From NCBI RefSeq assembly GCF_035594765.1, contig NC_085845.1, positions 83,074,024 through 83,138,023 on the forward strand: DNA of 64,000 nt, written 5' to 3'. Each line of letters opens with the position of its first letter. Position 1 is the first letter of the stretch. The notes below the pieces were generated by a model that made no database searches, was not told the origin of the DNA, and worked only from the letters and a program-made list of their open reading frames with translations. Of this stretch, positions 1 through 13,404 are shown in pieces. The stretch comes from Anolis carolinensis. Its lineage: Eukaryota. A program made the translations under genes and the position numbers.

Positions 1-992
1 CTTAGAGAGCTATATGGGGGATCTTCTGAGGAAGATTCAGATGGGGAGATGGATGCTGAGGAACAGGTGGTGGCTGGGGAAGCGGGCACTGAATGGGCAC
101 AGCCACCGGAGATGTCTGGGGATTTGGGGCTTATGGATACTTCTGAACCTGGGGTTTCTGCAGGAGCTGATCCCAATTGGGATGCTTGGAGAAGGGAGGA
201 TGGTTCTTTAAGTGTTCATGGGGCTAAGTGTGGGCAGGATGATTGGGACTCCGACGAATTGCTAGGTACTCCAGATCCACGAGCTCTAGCTGTGTGGAGT
301 TCAGACTCTGAGTAGATTTGGGACACCTGGTGTTTGGGTGTGAGTGTTTGGTCACCCAGGAGGAAGGGGAATAAAATGGGAATGTTTGGCCACTGCACTT
401 TGCGTGTGGCAAGGTGTTGCTGAGGCGCCATTGGGATCTCTGTGTTTCTGGACTTGGACTGTGATTCGGATCTGCTGATACCATCTGGCTTGGCTCTCGC
501 TGTGTCTTATCGTGGACCTGTTTTGGATGACTGCACCCTCTTCGGACTTTGGATTGAATTTGACCTGGCTTCTGTCTACGCCCTCTGACTGACGGCTACT
601 CCCGGCTTCTGACTATTGGTTTGTCTTTCGGAATTTCTGCTGCCTCCTGACCTGACCTTGGATTCTTCTGACGACGGCTATTCATCATCCCTTTGAGGCT
701 CTCGGCTTATCTGCACCGTGGAAGCAGCTTTACTGCTTTTCTAGTTTGTTTATTTTCCAGCAATTAACTCTATTTGTTTTCCAAAGCTGAATTGAAGCGT
801 TATTTAGTTTTTAATTGAATGCCAGCATGGGAAATTAGCGTGGCTCGTTTTTTGAGTTATTATTGTCCAATCTACTCTCGAAACACTGAAAAGTGAAGTG
901 TTTCAAGGATATTTCCTGTGTTTATGTTATTTTTTGGCTTATCTTCGGAATAAACTTTGTTTTGTATGTTAACTGGCGTCTGACTCTTGACA
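1..992 (+). mobile_element. Probable LTR (3' part) of an LTR retrotransposon inside DLD intron 9
   Basis: GC-richer block with a TATA-like AATAAAA near 370 and AATAAA at 949-954. It ends in ...TCTTGACA at 992 with an abrupt shift to AT-rich sequence. The 5' end is outside the window. Confidence 0.5.
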
Positions 993-1684
993 ATATGTGT
1001 AATTACATAAAGAACACATTAGAGCACATACAGACAAACAACCCAGATTATAAACCTTTTCTGCTGACTTCATCACCAAATCACCATTTCAGTAATGAAT
1101 GGATGCATTCAACAAATTGTTTCAATCAAAGTTCTAGTCAGGTGTTCCATCACCATGCTTCCACCCCTTCTCTGTGTATTTTAAAATCCTGCACCCTTCA
1201 CTTGTTCCCTATGTTGCTGAGAAAAGTCTGAAAACTATGAATGGTAACCAAGTGAATGCATTTACCAAGCTTTGCATCACTGGAAACCCTGTCTTAATGG
1301 GGTTTCTGATAGAATGAAACATTATTAACTATGTTCAGCCAAATGCAGTTGGAGGCTCCTTTTTGAGACCTTCCCCAGCAACAGAGTATAATTGGAAGTG
1401 GGAAGCCAGCCCTCTATTCAAAATGGAGAGAAAAACTGCTTGAAACCTTGTTAAGACATTCACTGTTGTGCATGAGCAAGAAGCATTTACTCATTCTTAC
1501 GTTTCAAAAATGTCAAAAACCAGTACGTTCAATTAAATAATCTATCATCTTGTTGCTGAAAACACCTCTCCACAGATATTTGAAATGAACCACATTTCTC
1601 TCAGTGCTAAATGTGATAATTGGCTAGTTTAGGTTTTTATATAGCAACCTAATATGGGGATATATTTTGCAAGCTCAGAACTTA

Positions 1685-1903
<219 letters not shown>

Positions 1904-2641
1904 TTAAGAAAAAAGGCAATTTTATAGTTCCATTGTATTGTTTCAGTTACACACTCATTACAATAACAGTATGTCTAACATGGAAGAGTAACTTCAACTA
2001 TGAACCTTTAAAACAAACTAGTAATCTTTTAATCTTTTACAAAATGCCTTGCAGATTATCAGAATTTTACACACTAGTCAACTTGAAAAATAATAGATCA
2101 TTAACAGAGCATAACCATATTCAGTTCTCTAATACCGCTATGAAACATGATTTTTGTTTCTGAGTTATAAACGTCATTTCCTAATTGGCTCTATCATAAA
2201 AACATTGAAAAAGTTGATTAAACTGCTGCACACATTTTGCTAGTTTTTCAATGAGTATCTCATCATGTCTCAGCCAATTCAACATAGTTTGTGGCAGCCA
2301 CAAAAACAAAGTTTCTGGAGTATAACAACCACTTTCAAAGTAGGTACAGCACAATTAAACAGGAAATGACACTTTCAAACCAGAAACAGATTTTTTTCAA
2401 ATTTCGTTACATAGTGTATTCAGCAGAAAACAAGCTGGCTCTGCCACTTGGCGGCACTGTTCTTCCCTTTCTGCTCAAATTAATAATGCTGCCTCAATAA
2501 TAACCCCTGAAAAATTATGCAAGACAAGTCAATTCACCAAGATGATGTATTTCATCTATTCACAGACAAGTACCTGCATGATAAATGCCCTCATAAAGCC
2601 TTAACGCCAAAGGCCATCAGAGGCAGGAGTTTAATCAACTA

Positions 2642-3267
2642 CAGGCAGTCCCCGAGTTACAAACATCCGACTTATATACAAACGTGAAAGATGAGAGGAT
2701 AGGAATGGATAGGAAATCTATCCCTCAGAAAGGAAATTCATTCTTGGAAAAGTTATCATAGGGAAAAAGTAACTACACTGAAGTTTTATCACCAATCCTT
2801 GTTTCCTCAAGAACCACTGTATTAGGGAATGTTTTGGTTAAACAATTATCTCTATCTTTCCATGCACACCATTCACAATACTCTTCTACAGGAATGTTAA
2901 TCCTTCCCTATGCTATCCAAGTATGTACCTGTTCCAACTTACATACAAATTCAACTGAAGAATAAACCCACAGAACCTATCTTGTTCATTTTTTTTTCGT
3001 GTCAGGAGCAACTTGAGTTGCTTCTGGAGTGAGAGAATTGGCCGTCTGCAAGGACGTTGCCCAGGGGACGCCCAGATGTTTTTGATGTTTTTACCATCCT
3101 TGTGGGAGGCTTCTCTCATGTCCCCGCATGGAGCTGGAGCTGATAGAGGGAGCTCATCCGCACTCTGGGATTCGAACCTGGCAGCTTTCAGCAACCCAAC
3201 CTTCAAGTCACTTAGTCCACTACGCCATCTGGGGGCTCCATCTTGTTCATAACCCAGAGACTGCCTG
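2642..3267. mobile_element. Non-autonomous Tc1/mariner-pogo (Tigger-like) DNA transposon, interrupted by a SINE
   Basis: Terminal inverted repeats CAGGCAGTC...GACTGCCTG flanked by TA at 2640-2641 and 3268-3269. Confidence 0.7.
2990..3239 (-). mobile_element. tRNA-derived lizard SINE
   Basis: Minus-strand tRNA-like head with B-box GGTTCGAATCC and an A-tail (T run at 2990). Target-site duplication ATCTTGTTCAT at 2979-2989 and 3240-3250. Confidence 0.85.
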
Positions 3268-3378
3268 TATTAAGTACACTACCTATTTTTGTTCATCACC
3301 TTCCAGTTAATATCTCTACTGCAGCTACATTATATCAAAGTGCAAAAATTGCTATTTTTTCTTAAACATCACACCTCA

Positions 3379-3516
<138 letters not shown>

Positions 3517-3674
3517 CTAAACAAATGGAAAGCAGGAGAGGGCGTGAATTTCCACTTTTACATGAAAGATATTTATTTGTATACAAAGATACTCAGTATA
3601 TGAAATACCATCAGCTTTCCCTCATTTAAAAGTTGCCACACAATGATGACTTCTTGAATAGTAGTACTTCATAC

Positions 3675-3818
3675 CGTAATTCCTGGAAAAGGTGTCACTT
3701 CTGAGCCTGTAGCTATAAGGATGTTCTTTGTATTAATAACCTGAGTGCTGCCATCTTCTTTGGTTGCTGTGACCTGGTTTTTGCCTGTTATTTTTCCAAA
3801 TCCAGGCACATGTGTTAC
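3675..3818 (-). CDS. DLD: DLD coding exon 7 ([16 protein letters not shown]...[13 protein letters not shown])
   Basis: 144 bp, ag/gt boundaries, ATGS motif. Confidence 0.97.
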
Positions 3819-4130
3819 CTTCCAAAAACAAGTAAACAAACATGGTACATTTTTTAAAATCAATGAACTAAGAAGCATTTCAGTCTTTTACCAATTATAC
3901 CACTAACTGCAACACTTTTCCTGATATTTTAGAGGAAGATCTGAAATCTGATATACAAAATAGATGTAGCAGCGATTTCCAGAGCATTGAGCATTGAGGA
4001 CTCACCATGAGGCAAATGCTAGATCATAGATAGGAAATATGTAGCTCTCCAGATGCTGGGCTGCAAGTTCTATGATCCTTCATTAGCTCTGTTAGCAAGA
4101 CTACGCATTCCCTATGGATGTATTAAAGTA

Positions 4131-4263
4131 GAGGTTCTCAACCTGTGGGTCCCCAGGTGTTTTGGCCTACAACTCTCAGAAATCCCAGCCAGTTTATCAG
4201 CTGTTAGAATTTCTGGGAGCTGAAGGCCAAAAAATCTGGGGACCCACAGGTTGAGAACCACTG
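4131..4263. mobile_element. Palindromic hAT-type MITE (CAGTGGTTCTCAACCTG TIR family)
   Basis: ~133 bp self-complementary element; further copies at 10361-10497 and 59032-59166. Confidence 0.8.
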
Positions 4264-4846
4264 TATCAAGGGAATGTCTTGTTTAAACAATTATCTCTAT
4301 CTTTCAATGTACACCATTCACAATACTCTTCTAGCAGCAGCCTAGTCTGGTCACAGTTCCCAAGACAATAAAGGGAACAGTCAGCCAATCACAATTAGAT
4401 GTATGAACAAAGAATACAAATATAATTATTCAGAAAGGACGCTAGGCCCTGACACAATATGGATGAGGTGGCTAAAAAAACATTGGGACTCTCCAGTTCC
4501 ATGCTTCACAATAGAAGAAAAGTTTCAAGGGACAGAGTGTTGCGGGATGTAGACACTATGTCCAAATCTTAGCTGAGCAAACAACTTCCTGTTTTTCTTT
4601 TTTGATTAATGTAAATAACCATGATCACTCATAACTTCTCTCACAAGCCCATCCATTTAAATTTAAAAGTGGGGATAAAAGCCTTATCCCCCCTGCTTGC
4701 TGAATGAACAGGAAATTGATGGCTGTCAAGCCAATTTGATTAGCCAATCAGACAAAGAATGCAGCCTATGTAGACAAAAATGCCCCCCCCCCCCACTTTC
4801 CTGTTAAAAAAGTAAAAAAAACTAAAGGTTAAAGGGACATAAACTA

Positions 4847-5005
<159 letters not shown>

Positions 5006-5436
5006 TTAATACAGGTGTTATTTTTGTGATATGTTATATGTAGTTTTGAGTAGTTAATACTTTTAAGCACAATTCACAGATCAATTAGATTAAACTCATA
5101 ATGAAGGAGGTGGCAAACAGTTCCCAATATTGTGGAATTAGTCACTCTGAAGGCCACCCTTCATCGGCTGTCCCAAGACTGTGGAATGACCTGCCGGAAG
5201 AGTTCCAACATCTAGATCAGTTATCGCAATTTAAGACACAAGTGTCTTCCTGCAAGCCTACCCAGACTATTTCAATGACTAATTTTATACTTGCATCTTA
5301 TGTTTAATCTCTGTTTTGTGTATTTTAATATGTATTTTGTGGAAATACATTTTAATGTGTGTATTTAAAAAATGTTCTTAGGTGACTGTGTATTTTAGCA
5401 ATGTTGTAACCTGTCTCGAGCTGTGAGGAAAAGAAT

Positions 5437-5486
<50 letters not shown>

Positions 5487-5497
5487 TATCATCACCA
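5437..5497. repeat. (ATC)n microsatellite at the tail of a degraded L2-like fragment (~5150-5435)
   Basis: Read directly. The upstream frame has the L2-type ...PRLWNDLP motif. Confidence 0.8.
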
Positions 5498-5718
5498 TCC
5501 ACTGTTTATAATTTTATTAATATTGTTTAATACAGTCAATATTTATTTAGAATCACCAGATTCAACAGGATTTACTTTCTGGTGAAGGAGCTTAAGATAG
5601 TAGCCTAAATTACTTACACAGATGACCCAACATATCAGTCTCCTAAAATGCCTGATCTCAGGCACACTTAGCAGAATCTGGGATGTGTGAAATGTGAATA
5701 GATGCACTACATACTTAC

Positions 5719-5788
5719 TTTCAATTCCTCTACTCGCGAAGTCTTTTCCATGGGCCAAATGGTAGAAGTGTGAATTATTTAGTAAGGC
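5719..5788 (-). CDS. DLD: DLD coding exon 5 ([23 protein letters not shown])
   Basis: 70 bp, ag/gt boundaries. Confidence 0.97.
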
Positions 5789-6401
5789 CTGTGACATAAA
5801 AACAAAATAAAGCGAAACAAAGCATGTTCCATTAAAATATGAATTTGTTTGGCATAATTATTTCTTCTAAGATTATAATGGAGTGATTCAACATTGCTCA
5901 TCAATGGAAGTTCAGTACTACTCTAGAACATTCAGATCCCTGAAATAGAAGGTTTCAGGAGGAAACCTGTTTGTACATGGCAGAATTGGTGCAGTACTTC
6001 AAAGAAAGTATTACCATAACCAATTTCAAAGGATTTTTTTCTTTTAATAATTCTTCTTTTACCACCCACACAGGTCTAGTTTAAATGGGGGTGAAAAGGA
6101 GAAGGAGAGAAACAAAGGAAAGGTAGTAGTAAATTGGAAATCCATTTTGTTACCTGCAAACAAATCTTTAGAGACATAGGGTAAGTGAAGTAGAAATAAA
6201 AGCAACTACCAGTTAAGCATTGTAACAAAATCGTGACAGAAACACAGCCATTTCAAACTGGTTTCATCTTTTTGAAGCATCCCATATATGGACAATTTGA
6301 TGAGCTACATACATAAACCTACTCAAAATAAAAGTTACATTTTATATGGCATATGGTGAATCCTCCTCACAACTTTATAATGTAGGCCAGTCCCAAAGTT
6401 A

Positions 6402-6901
6402 TTATTTATTTATTTACAACATTTATATCCCGCCCTTCTCACCCGAGGGGACTCAGGGCGGCTTACAAAAATTGGCAAAATTTAATGCCCAAAATACAAT
6501 CATATAAACAAAACAGTAACAGATCTATTAATACCATGGTTAAAACACATTATAAAACCTTAAAAACGTATATATAATTAATTCAATTCGTCCGAGATCC
6601 TCATTCTACATCCTTAAATCAGTCCATGTCAACTTTGCCATTTACTCATCAAAAGCTTGGGCGCATAACCATGTTTTCACGGCCCTTCTGAATCCCAGCA
6701 GGGTAGGAGCCTGTCGGATATCTCCAGGGAGGGCGTTCCACAGCCGGGGAGCCACCACCGAGAAGGCCCTGTCCCTCGTTCCCACCAGCCGCGCCTGTGA
6801 GACAGGTGGGACTGAGAGCAGGGCCTCTCCAGATGATCTTAGTGATCTTACTGGTTCATAGGAGGAGATACGTTCGGACAAGTAGATTGGGCCAGAACCG
6901 T
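6402..6901 (-). mobile_element. L2-clade LINE 3' fragment
   Basis: ORF C-terminus ...RDRAFSVVAPRLWNALP..., 3' stem TGTAAGCCGCCCTGAGTCCC, and a (TAAA)n tail. Confidence 0.8.
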
Positions 6902-7130
6902 TATATTATATAATATTCCTTATCCAGGAATATTATATAATATTCCTGGATAAGGAATGTGGCCCTTGGTGTCTCAATCTAAATCTTAGTCTGAAATATT
7001 AACCACATCACGTTCTGAAAGGACAGTTTAGGACTTCTCAATGCTCTCATTACAATTTGATCAAATGAACATAATTCCATTAAGCCCCAGTAACACTTTC
7101 ATACAAAAACTGATATAGATAGGCAATTCA

Positions 7131-7223
<93 letters not shown>

Positions 7224-8013
7224 CTAAGATTTAAATGAAAGGAATTTTTTGGTTAAAGCGTCTGCATCATAGATCAAATGCAGTATAAAATATTCCTATA
7301 CTTTTTGTGCAAGGGAAACTTTCATCTGTCCTTTGTTCCAGAATCATCCATGAGCATGTCAGAACAACCAGTTACATTCAAACTTTAATAATAGACTTTA
7401 TTGTGGAGAAATCAAGATAGTGCCTGGGTGGAGATAGGCCCAAGACCAATTAATAAATCTTTACTGTTCCCTGAAAGCAATAGCATGGACATTGATTCTC
7501 TGGGGTTCCTTACTCAAACAGGAAGGCAAACCAACATCCCCCAAGCTGATAGAAAGTTGACATGTTAGTGTTAAAGACATGTAAAGCAGCTTGGAACCGA
7601 CAACACACCTGCCTTTTGAGGTCCAGTTGATGCCAACTTTGGCTTCCTTCTAGTGTCAAAACATGGCTTTTTATTAATATTTTTAACACAATGTACTTTT
7701 AAATGCACATGTACTTGACTTGAAATTGTTTTAGCCAGGTAAGCTATTTTAACTAGCAAATAAATAAACATTGTAACTTGCTATACCCAGTAGCATTTTT
7801 CAAGCTGCCAAGGTTTCAATTTCTAGCTTAGTAGCTGTCAAGCATTTAACAATTATAAACAGCACTTCCAGATGTTGCCAGAAATTAGGAATCTGGTCAA
7901 CATGGTCTGGCAAACAACTGTTTTTTAGTTACTGTGAACTGCCTCAGGTTTAAATAAATTTATCATTTGGCAAGAATTGCCCCATGTGAACAGTTGCCTA
8001 AAGCATCTAGGGT

Positions 8014-8147
8014 TAGGCATGGGCAAACTCCAGCCCTCCAGGTGTTTTGGACTTCAACTCCCAGAAATCCCAGCCAACTAACAGCTGTTAGGAATTGTGG
8101 GAGTTGAAGTCCAAAACACCTGGAAGGCCGATGTTTGCCCATGCTTG
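8014..8147. mobile_element. Palindromic hAT-type MITE (CAGGCATGGGCAAACT TIR family)
   Basis: Self-complementary ends; related copies at 14972-15109 and 45231-45322. Confidence 0.75.
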
Positions 8148-9142
8148 ATCCAGGTTCTTCTTGCAAGATATTCATGTTGTAATTTTTACTGAATACCTGT
8201 ACAGCAAGAGCTTCATAGATTCTGTATTACATATTGGCATATGAGCCTATTTATCTGAAATCATGAGTTCAGGGACATAGGACTGAATTGACACTTCCCT
8301 CAGAGATCTTAGATGAGATCTGACAATGAAACCCTTCCTGGCTCATCCCAGCCACTCTGCAAGATTTTAAAGCACTATTGTTTTCTAAGAGTAGAAACCA
8401 AGGATTGCCACCGTGGACAGGAGTCAGTCCAAATATGGTGGCTAATCCATGTACACATCAGGGTCGGTTTACATTATTGCTGATTTACATTATTCCTTAA
8501 AACTACTAACATCAAAGGTTTTTCCTCCAATATGTCAAGGACTGGCACCATATTTATGCCCGTTGGCTATAACTGTTACTTGCTTTTTTGGAAGCATGTC
8601 ACAGACTGGTAACCAATGGCCACAGATCACTGAAAGACCATGGATAACCATTTTGAATAGCACTGGTCTAGAGTCATTCCTTTCCTCATAGAGGGAAGAC
8701 TTTTTTTCAGACAACTGCAAGGCATCAAAATCTAGATGCATCATTACTTCTGCTCTGCCAGCAGGATCTCAGCAGGGTATGGGAGAGATTGAAGGATCTG
8801 ATCTACTGAAGTATTTTGCTAGTTATGATTACTACTGAAATTATAGATTTGGGGATACATTATTGGGGAATTATTAAAGTACTTGTTTCAATATGAACTT
8901 TCAGCAATGCATATTCTCTACACGCTGTTTATCTAGTATATTCAGCCTCCCTTCCTTTATACATATGAAGCATGTACATTGCCTTTATGTATACAACAGC
9001 ACTTCTCTTCAGCAAACAATTTTGTCTTTATAACAGCTTCTTTAGACTTCAGATGCTGAAGTTTCCAAGATCTCAATGGTCCACCTATAAATAGTCACTT
9101 GACTTTTGACATGATTAACTCTTCACAAGATTATCTGGATTA

Positions 9143-9319
<177 letters not shown>

Positions 9320-10360
9320 CTAAAATATCACCTTACTTAACAAGTACATATAAAGATAGCCAAAAAGAAATATATCTAAAGAAGCACTCCTGAGTGCTTC
9401 ACAATTACTTGTTACAAATATCCATATTAATAATCACAATGAATATTATAAACATCATAAATATTATAAATATTATATTCATCACATCTTCCAAAACAAG
9501 TCTATTTCTTCTTCACATTTATCTGTGAATCCTTATCTATTATTGAAAGACAAAGCTGTGTTAATCTGGATCAATATACAAAAGGATCTCGTAGCACTTT
9601 TAAGATTACGTCAAAGAAAAAACTTGGAAGCACAGACTTTTGTAGACTTGAGTCTGCTTCTGATGCATCTGATGTAGATTTAAGTTTATGAAAGCCTACA
9701 TTACAGATTTCTCTCTCTGTTAGTCTCAAATGTGTTTTAAGGGCCATTTCCACATCAATTATTTCTAACATGTTAGCAACCATGCAAATGTTGCCACTGA
9801 TGAAGTAGATTTCTACTTTCTTGCAAGCTATTTTTTTCTAACATCATTCAGTTCTACTATTCTGGATTGCAATAACTGAAGTCAGCAACTTCATATTACA
9901 AGTTTTGATTATCTGAACAATTATGTCCCGCTCTCTACACAATACCCCCAAGTAAATTGACAATCCCACCCAACTATTATTAAAGCTGTAATCAATGAGA
10001 CCCAATCCAATGTTGTTTAAATACTGAATGGCAAGACTCCACTTTCTACAGGACTGCAGCTATGGCTAGACAAAACAATTCCACTTTTAATCAAACCTTT
10101 GGCTATATCTAAGAACAACAGAAGAGCTATACTTTTGAATATTATCACACTAAAATGGCGTATTGAAGCTTTGAGTAGATTCTGCTTCTACTTTTAACAA
10201 AGCAGAGATAAATATTTAACAGTATTGTTAAATCATCAGCTTTATGTAAAAAACTTCGGCAACTTGGGAACATATGGCAAAATTTATTTTTGCATATTAC
10301 AACGGCAAGATCTTGGGACTACAATGCTCTGTGCTGAAGCAAAAACAGAACATTCTATAG

Positions 10361-10497
10361 CAGTGGTTCTCAACCTGTGAGTCCCCAGGTATTTTGGCCT
10401 ACAACTTCCAGAAATCCAGAAAGCCAGTTTACCAGCTGTTAGGATTTCTGGGAGTTGAAAGCCAAAACATCTGGGGACCCACAGGTTGAGAACCACT
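10361..10497. mobile_element. Palindromic hAT-type MITE
   Basis: TIR CAGTGGTTCTCAACCTG with the flanking 8-bp duplication TTCTATAG. Confidence 0.85.
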
Positions 10498-10748
10498 TCT
10501 ATAGGCTATCTGCAATCATTGTCATCATCATCACCCCAAAACACCTTGAGAAGTCACATTCAGACTTAGAACAAAGATGTAACACTATACAGTGCAGAAG
10601 AATTTTAATCATTCTCTATGATGTAGCTTAATCATATATCACACAAGAAACCATATAAGTTAGAATACTGATAGTGTGACCTGTGAATTTATCCAACTAT
10701 AAATTTATCCAACTATATTTTCAAATAAAAAAGCTATTTAATCTGTAC

Positions 10749-10824
10749 CTTGGTCAGCATAGGTTCTTAAAGGCACCACAGAAATGCCTTGTAAGCCATG
10801 ATGAATCTGGCTAAAATGGCCCCT
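10749..10824 (-). CDS. DLD: DLD coding exon 2 ([25 protein letters not shown]; mitochondrial presequence)
   Basis: 76 bp, ag/gt boundaries, phase 1 into exon 3. Confidence 0.95.
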
Positions 10825-13026
10825 CTGAAATGAAAAGAGAAATAAAACATTTAAAAATCATTCCAATAAAAATGTCATATAATAATACATTTTGATGGAA
10901 AATTAAATTATCATTCTCAAGGTGTACTCATTTTCACACTGATGCAAATTAAATATCTGCATTTCTCTCTTTCTCTCTCTCACACACACACGTGTGTGTA
11001 TGTCTTTTCATCTTAATCTGAATCACCAAAGTTAGAATAGCACAGTATAAATGTGTATTTTGTAAAAACTATAAAATATGGTTTCTATATTCTGGCCATT
11101 TGTGATTTTTACACAGAAATAGAAAAATACAAGTTGGAGAAGCTCTTTGGAAATTAATTTTAATTAATGACTCTTTTGGAGATTGCTTACCACTGTTGAT
11201 TGGAAGTGACAAAGTCCATTTTCAGATAAGTTCACAAGCTAATACTTCCTCATTTTTGTTTGATATTTAGCCCTTGGAATTAACCCTTGCATATTTTGTT
11301 TATCTAGTAAGTCATATATATGAGGCAATTTCAAGACTGACATCTCTGAAATATTAGTACATGGGCTACAATGGCCAATTTCAAAAGGTCTTGCAGGTGG
11401 CCAAATTTCTTTATCCTAAGTCAGTATTCTGTACTCTGGCCAATCTTCATAAGGCAAGCCAACATAGCTAATACCCCTTAGTAGGAGTAATAACCATGGC
11501 CATTAATAAAAGGTGAGCTGTTAAAAATACACATTAGATGCTCATCAACTCAGGACAGGAGTACTAAAGGGCATTAAGGCAGTACAACCAACTGGGCAAC
11601 GCATTAGCAGAATGGTCCACAAACCTGGTTAAGGGCACAGTAAGTGATACACTCCTGCCTTGCTCTCCCACACAGTAACACTGTCTACTCCCTATAAAAG
11701 CTGAGATCTAAAACCATCCTTCAGAAATTACATCTGCAATGAAACATGCACTTGGGTGACACATATTGACTGACTTATCAGCAAGCCACCACAGGACTAA
11801 AAGTTAGTAACTTTACTTGTTTTTGTGTTTGCTGTGGTTTCCCAAAACCAATGTCAGTGTACTATCTAATCAACAGCTGGGAAAGGCAGAGAAGAAAAAC
11901 AAACAGTCCCTAGAAAGCTGCTATATGCATTTGTTGAGGTTAGAGACACAGAACCCCTGTGAAAGTGAAAAATGTGAACAACTAAATTACTATTTTTCTT
12001 TACTGAACACTTCTCCCAGCATGACTCTGGTTGAATTCGACTGGAAGGTGACCACAGAATTGCACTGGAGGATTTTCAGGTTCCTAGAGAGCTGTTGTCT
12101 CTAGAAATCTCTAGGTCCTCCAGCATGACTGGAGAAACCAGAGGATTACACAGGATGACCTTGAGATTCCTAGAAATAATACAGTAAAGTCTCAGTTAAC
12201 TAGAACTCAAGCAGCTGGAACTTTGCAACCAGCAAAGAAATTACAGAAATAAAGTTTTTTAAAGCTGTTTTTATAATACAATAAAACTCTGTTACATTAA
12301 ATTTGTCTTTATTTGGTTTTAATTGTTGCATTTCATTATTAAGATCAAGTCAATACAGTTTATGGTATAGTATGAGGCATAGAATTAAATAGATCTAATT
12401 TTTGGAGTTACTCTCAAGTAACCCAAAATTACATTCATCCAGCATCTACCAACCCCTATGGGTGCTGGTTAACTGACATTCTACTGAGTATTAATCAAAT
12501 TGGTGAGTAATCAAATTCACAAAAGTCACGAAATGCAAATGTGTAGGGATGACTGTAATGACACTTGAGCAACCACAGGTTTTGGTATCCACAGAAGATC
12601 CTGGGACCAAATCCCAGCAGATACAAGGGCCCACTATACAGGCAGCCCACAAATTATGAACAAGATAGTTTATGTAGATTTGTTCTTAAGTTGAATTGTA
12701 TGTAAGTCAGAACAGGAACTTTTTAAAGTATATCTCCAGCTAGAAAGAGAGAGACAGAGAGCATTTTGGATAGCACAGGGAAGGGCTAACACTCCTGTGG
12801 GGTTTGTTTTGCTATCTCTGCCTGTTGGGGATTTCAGAAAATTAATCAGGAGTGACAAGAAAGATCATATGTTATGGACTTGAGTAAAGTGCTATACATA
12901 TCTCAATAAGATGCCACATGAATTTTGAATGTATATTGTAGTTGTTTTTCTTAATTTGTTTATTATGCTCATATTTATTGTTGATGTACTCTGATTGTTG
13001 TTTATGTGATTTTAATATGTTGTAAA

Positions 13027-13352
13027 CCCCGGTGGCGAAGTGTGTTAAAGCACTGAGCTGCTGAACTTGCAGACCAAAAGGTCCCAGGTTCAAATCCCGG
13101 GAGCGGAGTGAACGCCCGCTGTTGCTCCAGCTTCTGCCAACCTAGCAGTTCGAAAACATGCCAATGTGAGTAGATCAATAGGTACCGCTCCGGCAGGAAG
13201 TTAACGGCGCTCCATGCAGTCATGCCGGCCACATGACCTTGGAGGTGTCTATGGACAACGCCGGCTCTTCGGCTTAGAAATGGAGATGAGCACCAACCCC
13301 CAGAGTCAGACATGACTGGACTTAACGTCAGGGGAAACCTTTACCTTTACCT
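13027..13352 (+). mobile_element. Sauria SINE, near full length
   Basis: tRNA-related head (GGTGGCG...GGTTCAAATCCC), the characteristic core, and an (ACCTTT)n tail. It sits inside an L2-type 3' tail. Confidence 0.9.
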
Positions 13353-13404
13353 AAGCCGCTTTGGGTCCCGTGAGGGAGAAAAGTGGGATATAAATAAAGA
13401 TTTA

